A DNA stretch of 64,000 nt from positions 9,152 to 73,151 of the forward strand of contig JBBSQL010000011.1 of NCBI GenBank assembly GCA_038257845.1, given 5' to 3'. The translations under genes were made by a program, and so were the position numbers. The notes beneath the pieces were generated by a model. That model saw nothing but the letters and a program-made list of their open reading frames with translations. It searched no databases and was not told the origin of the DNA. Each line of letters opens with the position of its first letter. Positions within the stretch are counted from its first letter, which is position 1. This stretch comes from Chitinophagales bacterium (lineage in GTDB: Bacteria; Bacteroidota; Bacteroidia; Chitinophagales; Chitinophagaceae). Below are positions 1 to 8,455 of this stretch, piece by piece.

Positions 1-453
1 AATCATGATTTGACATACAAAACAGTTTCCCATGAAAAATCCATTGATATTTTTTATGAATTATACCATGCAAAAACGCCGCATGTAAGTAAAGAAACTT
101 TTTCGAATTTTAAAAAGCTCAGTGATCATTTAAATGTTTCAGGCAATGTGCATTGCCGTGAAGTCATCAATGCAAAAAATGAAACTGCCGCGATTGCATT
201 ATTCCTGCAGGATGGAAACCGGCTTTATAATATGATGAATAGTACACCGGATACCGGGCGAAAAATTTCCGCCAATCATTTTTTAATGGATAAAGTGCTG
301 GAGGAATTTTGTAGTAAAAACCTGGTCTTTGATTTTGAAGGATCTGACATTCCCGGCATCAAAAGTTTTTATGAAAATTTCGGCGCTACGCTGCAACCAT
401 ACACCAGCCTGCATTACAACAGGTTGCCGGGACCGTTGAAGTATTTTAAATAA
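1..453 (+). CDS. C-terminal part of a GNAT/FemAB-like acetyltransferase-fold protein (5' end outside the window)
   Basis: The frame is open to the window edge. The tail ...FDFEGSDIPGIKSFYENFGA... resembles FemAB/GNAT-like family C-termini (recalled, not searched). Confidence 0.45.
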   Translation, partial: NHDLTYKTVSHEKSIDIFYELYHAKTPHVSKETFSNFKKLSDHLNVSGNVHCREVINAKNETAAIALFLQDGNRLYNMMNSTPDTGRKISANHFLMDKVLEEFCSKNLVFDFEGSDIPGIKSFYENFGATLQPYTSLHYNRLPGPLKYFK

Positions 454-619
454 TTATTTATGTTTATGTCGCCTCCGATATTGCCGGTCAGGCGACACGG
501 CAATGGCGTTTAAAAAATAACCCCACATTCCTGCGGGGCTATCATCACTTTCAACTCTTTCAAAAAAATCAAAAAAATCAAAAATCAAAAAGTTTTCTTT
601 ATTCCACATCATACTTTTT

Positions 620-2314
620 CTACTCCACTACCAACTTCACGCGGCCGGTGAAATCCCCGCTCTTTAAAAGCAAATTGTAGGTGCCTGCGGCTATACTGCG
701 CGGCAAATCAAAACTCAGGGATTGCCTGCCACCCGTGTATTCTATGGCTTTTTCAAATACGCGCTGGCCATTGATCGCGGTAAGTATTAATGTATATTTT
801 CCCACAGCTAAATTGTTCATGTCGAGTGTGAAATGTTTGTTCTGCACGGGATTGGGATATACCCGGAAGCCATTTGGATTATTATCGCTGAAATTAATTT
901 TAACCGTATTGGTATAACTTGTTGCACCATCTTTTTCCCAAACTTTTACGCGGTAAAAATTGGACCCATTCAATGGCTTGCTGTCTGTGTATGCATATTT
1001 ATTTTCCGGCTCATTATTGTCGCTCGCTTCAACATTTCCCAGGCCAATAAAATTCACTGCATCACCGGAACGCTCGACTGTATATTTATCAATATTTATT
1101 TCATTCAAACTTGTCCAGGTGAGATCAACAACATGCCCATTCGCGGCGGCTTTTAAATCGGTGATGGTAACAGGCAACACAATCGCACCGGGATTCACTA
1201 CGGAAAAACGTGTGAAACTATCAATACGTGTAGGCTTACTTATATTTGTATATTCTCCATAAATTTCTGTGTTCGTTAGTGCGCCTACGAAATTTTTACG
1301 ATCTGCACCTTGTGCTAAAGCAATGAATCCATTATTCAATGGCTCATAATTTTTTTGAACCAAAGCACATTGGGCATAATCAAAACCCGGATATTCTACT
1401 TCATTTTGTGTAGAAGGATATAAGCCAGTTGTACGTTTTGTAAAAAATAAACGCATATTTGACATTCCTTTTTCCAGGGGTGCATTGGTTTTTACATACC
1501 AGATCCTGTTTACATGCCAGGTAGTGGAAACACCATTTACAACGGTCTTTCCAATGTCGCCAATATTAACGATGACCGTAAAATTAGCGGCTGCTGAATA
1601 ATTATTCAACATCATTCGGTTGGGCGATGGTATTCCACCTGTAATAGCAGGTATATATGTAGCGCCAATAGGAAAATATGTATCAGTATTTGCTAAATTA
1701 ATAATGCGGAAACCCAGGTTGCCGTTATAAGGCGTTGTTGCAGAAGCGCCATCTGTAATGGGTATTCCCATTGAATCGCAGGTGGCAATATAACTATCAG
1801 TATAAAGAGTGGCACCACCTGATTCACCAAGGCCGGTCCCCGGCATTGAAATTGTGCCGGTGTTTTCCCAGGTAAATAAATTGGCGCCTGTTGTAATTAT
1901 TCCTTTTACTAATGTAAGATTCTTTTTCGTGAATACATTTTTATACATAAACACCAAATTGGTCGTGGTTGTTTTTGAAAGCGTCAGGTTATTTAAAAAA
2001 AAATTCTCAGCGCCATTCAATCTAGTAACTGCATTATTTCCCTGCAAAATTAATGTACCGGAACTCGTAGGTGTGCCATAAGCCATGCCCGCCTGGTCAT
2101 TTTTGAAACTGCCATCGAGATAAAAAAATCCATTGTTGAAATAGCTGGCCGTACTCGAATTTTCTATATCCCCTTTTACATACACATTTCCGCTGATATA
2201 CATATTGCCCTTGTTGTAAACTTGTGCCTGCAAAGGATTTTCAAAGATCAATAATAAAATAGCCGCACAGAAAAGTGCTGCCATTTTCTTGCTAAAAAGT
2301 AAATATGTTTTCAT
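620..2314 (-). CDS. Secreted protein with a T9SS type-A C-terminal sorting domain
   Basis: A signal peptide starts at the internal ATG (MKTYLLFSKKMAALFCAAILL...AQ). An Fn3-like module (DLTWTS...YRVKV) is followed by YPNPVQNKHFTLDM...GRVKLVVE, typical of a Por secretion tail. Confidence 0.8.
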   Translation of the reverse strand: MKTYLLFSKKMAALFCAAILLLIFENPLQAQVYNKGNMYISGNVYVKGDIENSSTASYFNNGFFYLDGSFKNDQAGMAYGTPTSSGTLILQGNNAVTRLNGAENFFLNNLTLSKTTTTNLVFMYKNVFTKKNLTLVKGIITTGANLFTWENTGTISMPGTGLGESGGATLYTDSYIATCDSMGIPITDGASATTPYNGNLGFRIINLANTDTYFPIGATYIPAITGGIPSPNRMMLNNYSAAANFTVIVNIGDIGKTVVNGVSTTWHVNRIWYVKTNAPLEKGMSNMRLFFTKRTTGLYPSTQNEVEYPGFDYAQCALVQKNYEPLNNGFIALAQGADRKNFVGALTNTEIYGEYTNISKPTRIDSFTRFSVVNPGAIVLPVTITDLKAAANGHVVDLTWTSLNEINIDKYTVERSGDAVNFIGLGNVEASDNNEPENKYAYTDSKPLNGSNFYRVKVWEKDGATSYTNTVKINFSDNNPNGFRVYPNPVQNKHFTLDMNNLAVGKYTLILTAINGQRVFEKAIEYTGGRQSLSFDLPRSIAAGTYNLLLKSGDFTGRVKLVVE

Positions 2315-2324
2315 ATACAAAAAT

Positions 2325-3056
2325 TTAATTTTGTTTGGTCGTATCTGCTGCCATCGCATTTGCGACGGCTAAATTATTTTTTGCCTGGTCAAAATCAGGT
2401 GTTTCTTTTATGGCTTCTTCAAAATTGATGACCGCACTTTTTTTATCTTTTAAATCCAAATAAGCAAGGCCTAAAAGATTGTGTACGGCCGCGCGTAATG
2501 AAACGAGCTGCAGGGTTTTTTCCTGCAGTTTTGCCATGCGTACCTGTGTGCTGTCATTCGGTGGAATCATTGCCAGCACTTTATTTCCCGTAACAACTGC
2601 TTCCCCCAGCCGGCGAATTCCATATTCCAATTGCAATTGTTCCATGCCATATACCGGGTTTTTGGTTCGTGTAAAAAGATCCGTGTACGCATTGATGGCT
2701 TCAATGGGTTCATTGAGATTTTTTGCCGCAAGGCCTTTTATCTGCATGCGGATTTCTGTGTACCCTTTTTGCGACAGCAACCGATCGGCTAAAATATATG
2801 CCGGGTTGAATGCATTGATCTGTGTATATAAAATTGCGAGTGTGTCTTCATATTTTCCATATTTCACAGAATCCGCCGCGATGAGATAATGCAATGACTG
2901 TATGGCTGTGCCAAGGTCATTTAAGGAAAGTGCATTTTGATATACTTTTAATTGCACCAATGCCGGATCGGGTGTTTTGGTTTGTGCCCGTAAAGCATTG
3001 GTGCCGCTGCAAAGCAGCGCTGTGATCATTAAAGAAAAAATGAGTTTTCGATGCAT
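2325..3056 (-). CDS. Secreted tetratricopeptide-repeat protein
   Basis: Signal peptide plus repeated A/L/Y-rich TPR-like helices (LGLAYLDLKDKKSAVINFEEAIKETPDFDQAKNNLAVA). An 11-nt gap separates it from the downstream gene. Confidence 0.65.
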   Translation of the reverse strand: MHRKLIFSLMITALLCSGTNALRAQTKTPDPALVQLKVYQNALSLNDLGTAIQSLHYLIAADSVKYGKYEDTLAILYTQINAFNPAYILADRLLSQKGYTEIRMQIKGLAAKNLNEPIEAINAYTDLFTRTKNPVYGMEQLQLEYGIRRLGEAVVTGNKVLAMIPPNDSTQVRMAKLQEKTLQLVSLRAAVHNLLGLAYLDLKDKKSAVINFEEAIKETPDFDQAKNNLAVANAMAADTTKQN

Positions 3057-3086
3057 TTTTTTTGTATAAAAATGTGTGCTTATTAT

Positions 3087-5276
3087 TTAATCTTTTTTCG
3101 GTACAGGTGGCGTGTTATTATTTTTATCGGTACTGTTTTTATCCTGGAATGTTTTTAGCAACTGCGGATCTTCTGGTGTAGCTTTTTTAACCGATGATTT
3201 TGAATTTCCTTTCATAGGATTCTTTCCCATACCGATTAAATTATTGTCCATTTGAGACATCTCTTTTGCTTCCTGCGGACCTGGACCGGGTGGCATGCGT
3301 ACATCAGCATTTTTTGACAGTAGAGTTTTACCATCTTCTTCAAATTCGTCTGCCCTGTTGCCGACAGTATGCCAGAAAAAAGCCACATTGCTTTTTCCAC
3401 CCTGCAATTCCACCACGTCAAATCCATCACCATTTACATTGGTTACAAATACACCTTTACAATCACCATTGAGTTGTATAAAAACACGCAGTGGATGTTT
3501 TTCATTCACTGTAATATTTTTTGCATAAACAGCATCAATTTTGATATGCGCTTGTCCATTTACCAATACGCCTTTTCCATAATCTTCAAACAAAATCTCA
3601 GGCGCTTCGGGTGCAAAAAAGTTTACACGTTGGTTTTTTGTATCTTTTACTATGGTTGCAACTGTACCTGTACCATTTATTTTATATTGAGTAGCATTTA
3701 TTTGCGCTCCAACATAAGCATAAGTTGTAGCTGTATAGGGTGCATTAGCGGAAATACGTGTAGCAAAATAACCACCTGCATAATATCTATTTCCAACTGG
3801 AAACCCGCCGCCACCCCCGGTTCCATTGTCTCCATAATTTGCAAAGCCCGCTACACCAATTACCGTTCTATTGTCAGTCTTTATACCATTTCCCGTAAAG
3901 GAACCCCCTGCCCCCCCGGTAGGATATAAAGTTATAGGTATCGGTGCATCACTAACTTGTGAACCAAAAACGCCTGCTGCGCCGGGAGCTCTATAAGCAT
4001 TAATTCCAAAAACGCCTGCACCAGTAGAATTTGCGGTATAACCTATAACACCTGCATCATCTCCAATTCCATAGATCCCATAAACATCTGAAGTGCCATA
4101 AACACCAATATCCAAAAGGGTTCCAGAAGCTAATGTAGTACCACCGGCACCAAAACCTGTAACCCCAGCACCCCATCCAGCTGCATTATAAGTACCATAA
4201 ACCCCCTGCTGAAATACTGAAGTATTATCATTTAAACCATATACCCCATAACCACTAGCACCATCGCTTTCTCCATAAATACCATAACCTGCGGCCCCTG
4301 TATTGTTTCCCCATAAACCTCGGCCACCACCAGAAGTAGAATAACCAAAGCCACCTACAAGTGTTCCTACTAATGAAGCACCACTTCCCTGGATAACAAA
4401 GTTCGTATTCAATCCCACATTATTCCCACCGGCATACAAGCCGGTACCACTAGCATTGGTGTTTAAAGCAACTACACCATAACCATTTCTAGTAGGTCCT
4501 GCCGCATAAGCCTGTGCAGATAAGCCTTCCACACCGATACCGTTTCCGTTCGTACCGGAAACAGCTGAGTTTTGTCCCAAAATAGCAATACCCGCTGCAT
4601 TGCTGTTGGTACCTTTTACACCATTACCAAGAGATTGAATGGTTGTTCCCAGTACACCAATTCCTCCAAGTATCCCGGCCACTGCTGTGTTTTGTCCCAC
4701 GATAGCAGTATTGGCTGCAGTTGTTGTAGTTACTGCGAGCTGTTGCGTGATCAACGAGTTTTGATTGATACCAATTTGCCCGGTATTGCTAATGCGCATG
4801 CGTTCTAAATTAAATGTGCGCACGGCAAAATCCACATTATCTATTGTACCGAGAAAGTTGGCTCCGGGCGCTGCGTAGGTTCCGGGAACTGTAGCACTGT
4901 TTCCCGTAAGCAGCCAGTCGGCATTTGCGCCGTTTTGCAAATAGTTCCATTTTGCAGTTGCCCAGTAATAAATTCCGATACCCGAACCGCCGGTGGTGGC
5001 GGCATTACTGTTATATACAAACATGCCATTAACCGGCGTTGCGCCGGCGAGTCCCCAGGTAAGGATATTACCAATAGAAATTCTTGGTAGTAAAATACCC
5101 TGGTTAGTTGCTTCCACTTCAAGCATAGAACTTGCGTCAATGATAGTCGGGTTATTGCCCACTTTCATTTGAGCGAAGCTTTGCGTATGGCCGAAGCAAA
5201 ACGCTACAACTATTGCCAGCAGGGATTTTGCGCCGTGCATAGCATTTTTTTGTTTATGTAAAATTTGAGATTTCAT
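3087..5276 (-). CDS. Secreted glycine-rich repeat protein (putative beta-helical surface or fibre protein)
   Basis: Signal peptide. The N-terminal module MKVGNNPT..LEVEATNQGILLPRI recurs in Bacteroidota surface proteins. About 350 aa follow of degenerate G-x-G-[VI]-[YF]-G repeats. No T9SS tail is visible. Confidence 0.7.
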   Translation of the reverse strand: MKSQILHKQKNAMHGAKSLLAIVVAFCFGHTQSFAQMKVGNNPTIIDASSMLEVEATNQGILLPRISIGNILTWGLAGATPVNGMFVYNSNAATTGGSGIGIYYWATAKWNYLQNGANADWLLTGNSATVPGTYAAPGANFLGTIDNVDFAVRTFNLERMRISNTGQIGINQNSLITQQLAVTTTTAANTAIVGQNTAVAGILGGIGVLGTTIQSLGNGVKGTNSNAAGIAILGQNSAVSGTNGNGIGVEGLSAQAYAAGPTRNGYGVVALNTNASGTGLYAGGNNVGLNTNFVIQGSGASLVGTLVGGFGYSTSGGGRGLWGNNTGAAGYGIYGESDGASGYGVYGLNDNTSVFQQGVYGTYNAAGWGAGVTGFGAGGTTLASGTLLDIGVYGTSDVYGIYGIGDDAGVIGYTANSTGAGVFGINAYRAPGAAGVFGSQVSDAPIPITLYPTGGAGGSFTGNGIKTDNRTVIGVAGFANYGDNGTGGGGGFPVGNRYYAGGYFATRISANAPYTATTYAYVGAQINATQYKINGTGTVATIVKDTKNQRVNFFAPEAPEILFEDYGKGVLVNGQAHIKIDAVYAKNITVNEKHPLRVFIQLNGDCKGVFVTNVNGDGFDVVELQGGKSNVAFFWHTVGNRADEFEEDGKTLLSKNADVRMPPGPGPQEAKEMSQMDNNLIGMGKNPMKGNSKSSVKKATPEDPQLLKTFQDKNSTDKNNNTPPVPKKD

Positions 5277-5312
5277 AATTGGCTGTGGTTATATGTTGTA
5301 TTATTTTTTAAA

Positions 5313-5913
5313 GGCTTGGGGGTTGGGGATTATATGTGTTGACCTGATCATGGGGATGCAATTATTTTGATTGCGGCGAATTCAAAAATAAAGATAGTTA
5401 AAATAATGAAAGAAAGAAATTAAGATTGGATTAAGAATGTTTGGGGTCGGGGGTTGTTGATAGCAGTATGTGGTCGGATGAAATTGTTTTAGGTTTGGGT
5501 TGTTTAAAGTATGCAGAGCAAAATTGAAATTGTTTTGGGTTTGGGGTTTGGGGTGTTAATAGTAGTTAGATCGAAATTGGAATTGTTTTGGGTTTGGGGT
5601 TTGGGAAGCAGGCGGCTGAGCGAAGTCGAAGCCGTTGTTATGGGTTTGGGTTTGGGGTGTTTAAAGCATGCAGATTAAAATTGAAATTGTTTGGGGTTTG
5701 GGAAGCAGGCGGCTGAGCGAAGTCGAAGCCGTTGTTATAGGCTTGGGATGTTGATATTAGTTAGATCGAAATTGTAATTGTTTCTTGTTTTGGGTTTGGG
5801 TTTGGGGTGTTTAAAGCATGCAGATTAAAATTGAAATAGTTTTGGGTTTGGGGGGTGATAGCAATTAAATCGAAATTGGAATTGTTTCTTCTTGGGGGTT
5901 TGGGTTTTTTTTC
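5313..5913. repeat. G-tract satellite array A1 (about 10 units, period 45-59 nt, mostly 46)
   Basis: Units start at about 5439, 5486, 5532, 5585, 5637, 5689, 5734, 5780, 5839 and 5885. Each reads GTTTTGGGTTTGGGG(TTTGGGG)-variable 16-20 nt-AAATTG[A/G]AATT. Confidence 0.9.
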
Positions 5914-5985
5914 ATTAACCTTTAACCATTTTCCATTTACCATTAACCATTTACCATTAACCATTAACCATTAACCATTTTCCAC
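5914..5985. repeat. Imperfect heptanucleotide tandem array H1 (CCATTAA)n
   Basis: Sequence is cattaacc tttaacc attttcc atttacc attaacc atttacc attaacc attaacc attaacc attttcc. Confidence 0.9.
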
Positions 5986-6324
5986 TGTTAGCTGATTCCA
6001 AATACCCCATACCTCACGGCTAAAATCAATACACAAAACGTTCCTTCGGAACGATCTCTCAATAATAGAATTCTCCTACCCACAAAACGTTCCTACGGAA
6101 CGATACTTCCATCATATAATTTTTCTACCTCTATGAATATAGAGACAAGCCCACGAAATGTTCCTCCGGAACTTGCTAACTTTCTCCACGCATTTTTTGT
6201 TTTCAAAAATGACTGAATGTGATGAAGCAAAACCTTATTCACCTTAGAAGAAAAATCAAAACACAGGAAACACCAACCTTATTAGTTTATTAGCTTATTA
6301 AAAATCGAAATGTGCATAACAGTT
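5986..6324. other. Conserved non-coding segment U1 (paralog of 8198-8455)
   Basis: It aligns end to end with U2: tgttagctgattcc[a/t]aataccccatacctcacggctaaaatcaatacacaaaac ... cacgcattttttgttttcaaaaatgactgaat ... caccaaccttattag ... aaatgtgcataa. U1 has an extra 50-nt hairpin unit. No conserved ORF on either strand. Confidence 0.8.
6039..6172. repeat. Three tandem GTTCC-N3-GGAAC hairpin units
   Basis: cgttccTTCggaacg (6039-6053), cgttccTACggaacg (6088-6102) and gttccTCCggaac (6160-6172). Each is preceded by cacaaaa[c/t]; on the minus strand each is followed by TTT[T/C]GTGGG. Confidence 0.8.
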
Positions 6325-6526
6325 GTTTTGGGTTTGGGTTGTGGATAGTTGTAAGAACGAAAATGGAATTGTTTTGGGTTTGGGGTTTGGGAAGCAGGCG
6401 GCTGACGGACTTGAATTGAGCGACTTGCATTGAGCGGAGCCGAAGTGAGCCGAAATGAGCCGAAGCCGTTGTTTTGGGTTTGGGTTGTGGATAGTTGTTA
6501 GAACGAAATTGGAATTGCTTCTTGTT
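6325..6526. repeat. G-tract satellite array A2 (3 units, one carrying an 80-nt GC-rich insert)
   Basis: Units begin at 6325, 6371 and 6471. The insert gaagcaggcggctga...gagccgaagccgtt lies at 6391-6470. Confidence 0.85.
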
Positions 6527-6590
6527 CATTTATCATTAACCATTAACCATTAACCATTAACCATTAACAATTATCCATTAACCATTAACT
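6527..6590. repeat. Heptanucleotide array H2 (CCATTAA)n, abutting and overlapping the ndh stop codon
   Basis: Sequence is catttat cattaac cattaac cattaac cattaac cattaac aattatc cattaac cattaac. The ndh stop (6585-6587) lies in the last unit. Confidence 0.9.
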
Positions 6591-7859
6591 CTTATCCCCC
6601 GGCCTGATAATTAATCTCAGCGTGGGATCATTGGTAACGAAAGACCAGAACCAGCTAAAAGCGAGTTTGACTTTATTGCGGAAACCGGCAAGCGGTAAAA
6701 TATGTATGAACAACCAAACCAGCCAGGCAAAAAATCCCTTGAAGAAAATTTTCGGCAGATCGGCCACGGCCTTGTATTTGGAGATGATGGCTAAACTACC
6801 TTTATCATTATAAGCAAATGGTATCAATGCTTTTCCTTCCAGCATGCGTTGCATATTTTTTCCCAATAAATTTCCCTGCTGAATGGCTACCTGCGCGAGT
6901 TGCGGATGGCCTTTCGGAAAATTTTTATCAGATAATTGCAAACAAATATCACCGATGGCAAATATGTTTTTGGTTTGTTCTACTTTATTAAATTCATCCA
7001 CTAAAAGGCGGTTGCCGTGGCCGGTTGTTCCTTCGGGCAAACCGGGAATTACATGGCCCGTAACACCGGATGCCCAGATCAATGTATTGGTAGAAATGGT
7101 CTTGCCATCGCTCAGTGAAACGATGCCCTGATCATAACTTTTTACGGCGGTGTTCATTTTTATTTCCACGCCCAAATGCGTTAAGACCTTAAAGGCTTCT
7201 GCCTGTGATTTTTTACTCATCGGTCCGAGTAAAGCACTGCCTGCATCCACGAGATGAATACGGACATCTCCTGCATTTATTTCGAGGTATTCTTTAGAAA
7301 CAATATTCTTACGCATTTCTGCAAGCATGCCCGAAATCTCAACGCCAGTAGGGCCTCCGCCGGCAATGACGATATTTAATTCCTGTTGTTTTTCTGCGGT
7401 CGTAGCAGCACGGGAAGCTTTTTCCAGGCTTAGTAAAAGATGGTTGCGCAGGTTGATGGCATCATTGATATTTTTCATGGGCATGGCATTTTTTTCCACG
7501 TCCTTCATACCGAAATAATTGGTTTGTGCACCAATGGCGATCACTAAAAAATCATAGCCCAGGTTGCCGGTATCTGTAACGATATAATTTTCTTCCGGGA
7601 AAATACGCAGGATTTTTCCCATGTGAAAATGAATATTTTTTTTCTCCTGGAACATGCGCCGGAAGGGATAACTAATATTGGATGGCTCTATAAATGCCGT
7701 GGCTACCTGGTATAAGAGGGGCGGGAAAAAGTGATAATTATTTATATCAACAAGTGTTATGTCCAGGTTCTTATTACGTGAAAGTTTTTTAATCAAATTC
7801 ACGCCGGCAAATCCGCCGCCGGCTACTACTACTTTTTTTGGGGGTGTTTTCATTTTCAT
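6585..7859 (-). CDS. ndh: Type II NADH:quinone oxidoreductase (NDH-2, FAD/NAD(P)-binding)
   Basis: KKVVVAGGGFAG and IVIAGGGPTGVE dinucleotide folds plus the IFAIGD motif. Length is typical. Start chosen at MKMKTPP; the ORF-track start at 7889 is less likely. Confidence 0.9.
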   Translation of the reverse strand: MKMKTPPKKVVVAGGGFAGVNLIKKLSRNKNLDITLVDINNYHFFPPLLYQVATAFIEPSNISYPFRRMFQEKKNIHFHMGKILRIFPEENYIVTDTGNLGYDFLVIAIGAQTNYFGMKDVEKNAMPMKNINDAINLRNHLLLSLEKASRAATTAEKQQELNIVIAGGGPTGVEISGMLAEMRKNIVSKEYLEINAGDVRIHLVDAGSALLGPMSKKSQAEAFKVLTHLGVEIKMNTAVKSYDQGIVSLSDGKTISTNTLIWASGVTGHVIPGLPEGTTGHGNRLLVDEFNKVEQTKNIFAIGDICLQLSDKNFPKGHPQLAQVAIQQGNLLGKNMQRMLEGKALIPFAYNDKGSLAIISKYKAVADLPKIFFKGFFAWLVWLFIHILPLAGFRNKVKLAFSWFWSFVTNDPTLRLIIRPGDKS

Positions 7860-7886
7860 CGAAATTTTATATAAACAAAATCTATG

Positions 7887-7894
7887 CAAAGGTA
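7887..7894 (-). promoter_or_regulatory. Bacteroidota -7 box TACCTTTG (TAnnTTTG) for ndh
   Basis: Exact match to TAnnTTTG, 28 nt upstream of the ndh ATG. It sits between the gene and satellite array A3. Confidence 0.5.
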
Positions 7895-7906
7895 GGACAG
7901 AAAATT

Positions 7907-8152
7907 GTTTGGGGTTTGGGGTGTTTAAAGCAGTTAGATCGAAATTGGAATTGTTTTGGGTTTGGGGAGATTAAAGCATGAAGATTAAAATTGAAATTGT
8001 TTGGCGTTTGAGTTGTTCATTGCACCGGGGTCAAAATTGAAATTGTTTGGGGTTTTGGTTGTTGATAACATCGGGATCAAAATGGAATTTGTTTTGGGTT
8101 TGGGTGTTGAAAGCAATTAGATCGAAATTGGAATTGTTTCTGGTTTCTTATA
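7907..8152. repeat. G-tract satellite array A3 (5 units plus a terminal unit, period exactly 46 nt)
   Basis: Unit starts are 7907, 7953, 7999, 8045, 8091 and 8136. Confidence 0.9.
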
Positions 8153-8197
8153 CATTAACAATTAACCATTAACAATTAACCATTAACAATTAACCAT
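8153..8197. repeat. Heptanucleotide array H3 (alternating CATTAAC/AATTAAC)
   Basis: Sequence is cattaac aattaac cattaac aattaac cattaac aattaac cat. Confidence 0.9.
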
Positions 8198-8455
8198 GTT
8201 AGCTGATTCCTAATACCCCATACCTCACGGCTAAAATCAATACACAAAACATTCCTACGGAACGATACTTCCATCATATAACTTTTCTACATAGAAATGA
8301 TCCTCCGGAAAATGCCAACTTACTACACGCATTTTTTGTTTTCAAAAATGACTGAATTTTTTGAGGCAAAACCTGATTAACCTTAGTAGATAAAAACAAA
8401 CACCGGAAACACCAACCTTATTAGCTTATTAAAAATTGAAATGTGCATAATAGTT
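8198..8455. other. Conserved non-coding segment U2 (paralog of 5986-6324)
   Basis: See U1. Same orientation, about 85-90 percent identical by eye, and it carries one good and one degenerate GTTCC/GGAAC hairpin (8250-8264, 8301-8309). Confidence 0.8.

Noticed and set aside
473-498. Shared short motifs between 470-498 (ctccgatattgccgg + ggtcaggcgac) and 15422-15483 (inverted ccggcaatatcggag + ggtcaggcgac) as a mobile-element footprint
   Set aside because: These are only a 15-mer and an 11-mer, in different relative orientation and spacing. A few exact 15-mer matches are expected by chance in 64 kb on both strands. No terminal inverted repeats or target duplications are present.
561-595. The (CAAAAAAT)n-like A-tract repeat between convergent genes as a regulatory element
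   Set aside because: It is a very short, low-complexity A-rich tract in a terminator-type intergenic region. The 7-8 nt phasing does not match helical phasing for bending.
3236-5140. Multiple antisense or alternative-frame ORFs inside the 729-aa gene (for example 3369-3929, 4572-4808 and 4841-5140)
   Set aside because: They are entirely nested in a long ORF with a signal peptide and coherent repeat structure. Their translations are low-complexity (C/I/S/F-rich) with no start context.
5439-5913. A literal telomere or linear-replicon end, because of the T3G4 repeats
   Set aside because: The tracts are internal and embedded in 46-nt units with non-telomeric cores. They are flanked on both sides by ordinary chromosomal genes. 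The similarity to ciliate telomeric repeats is only compositional.
5761-6529. ORF-track entries 5761-5964 and 6290-6529 (minus strand) as small proteins (MVNGKWLMVNGKWL..., ..PNPNPKQ..)
   Set aside because: They are translations of the heptamer and G-tract repeats. A 7-nt period cannot maintain a frame. The two module copies do not conserve any ORF.
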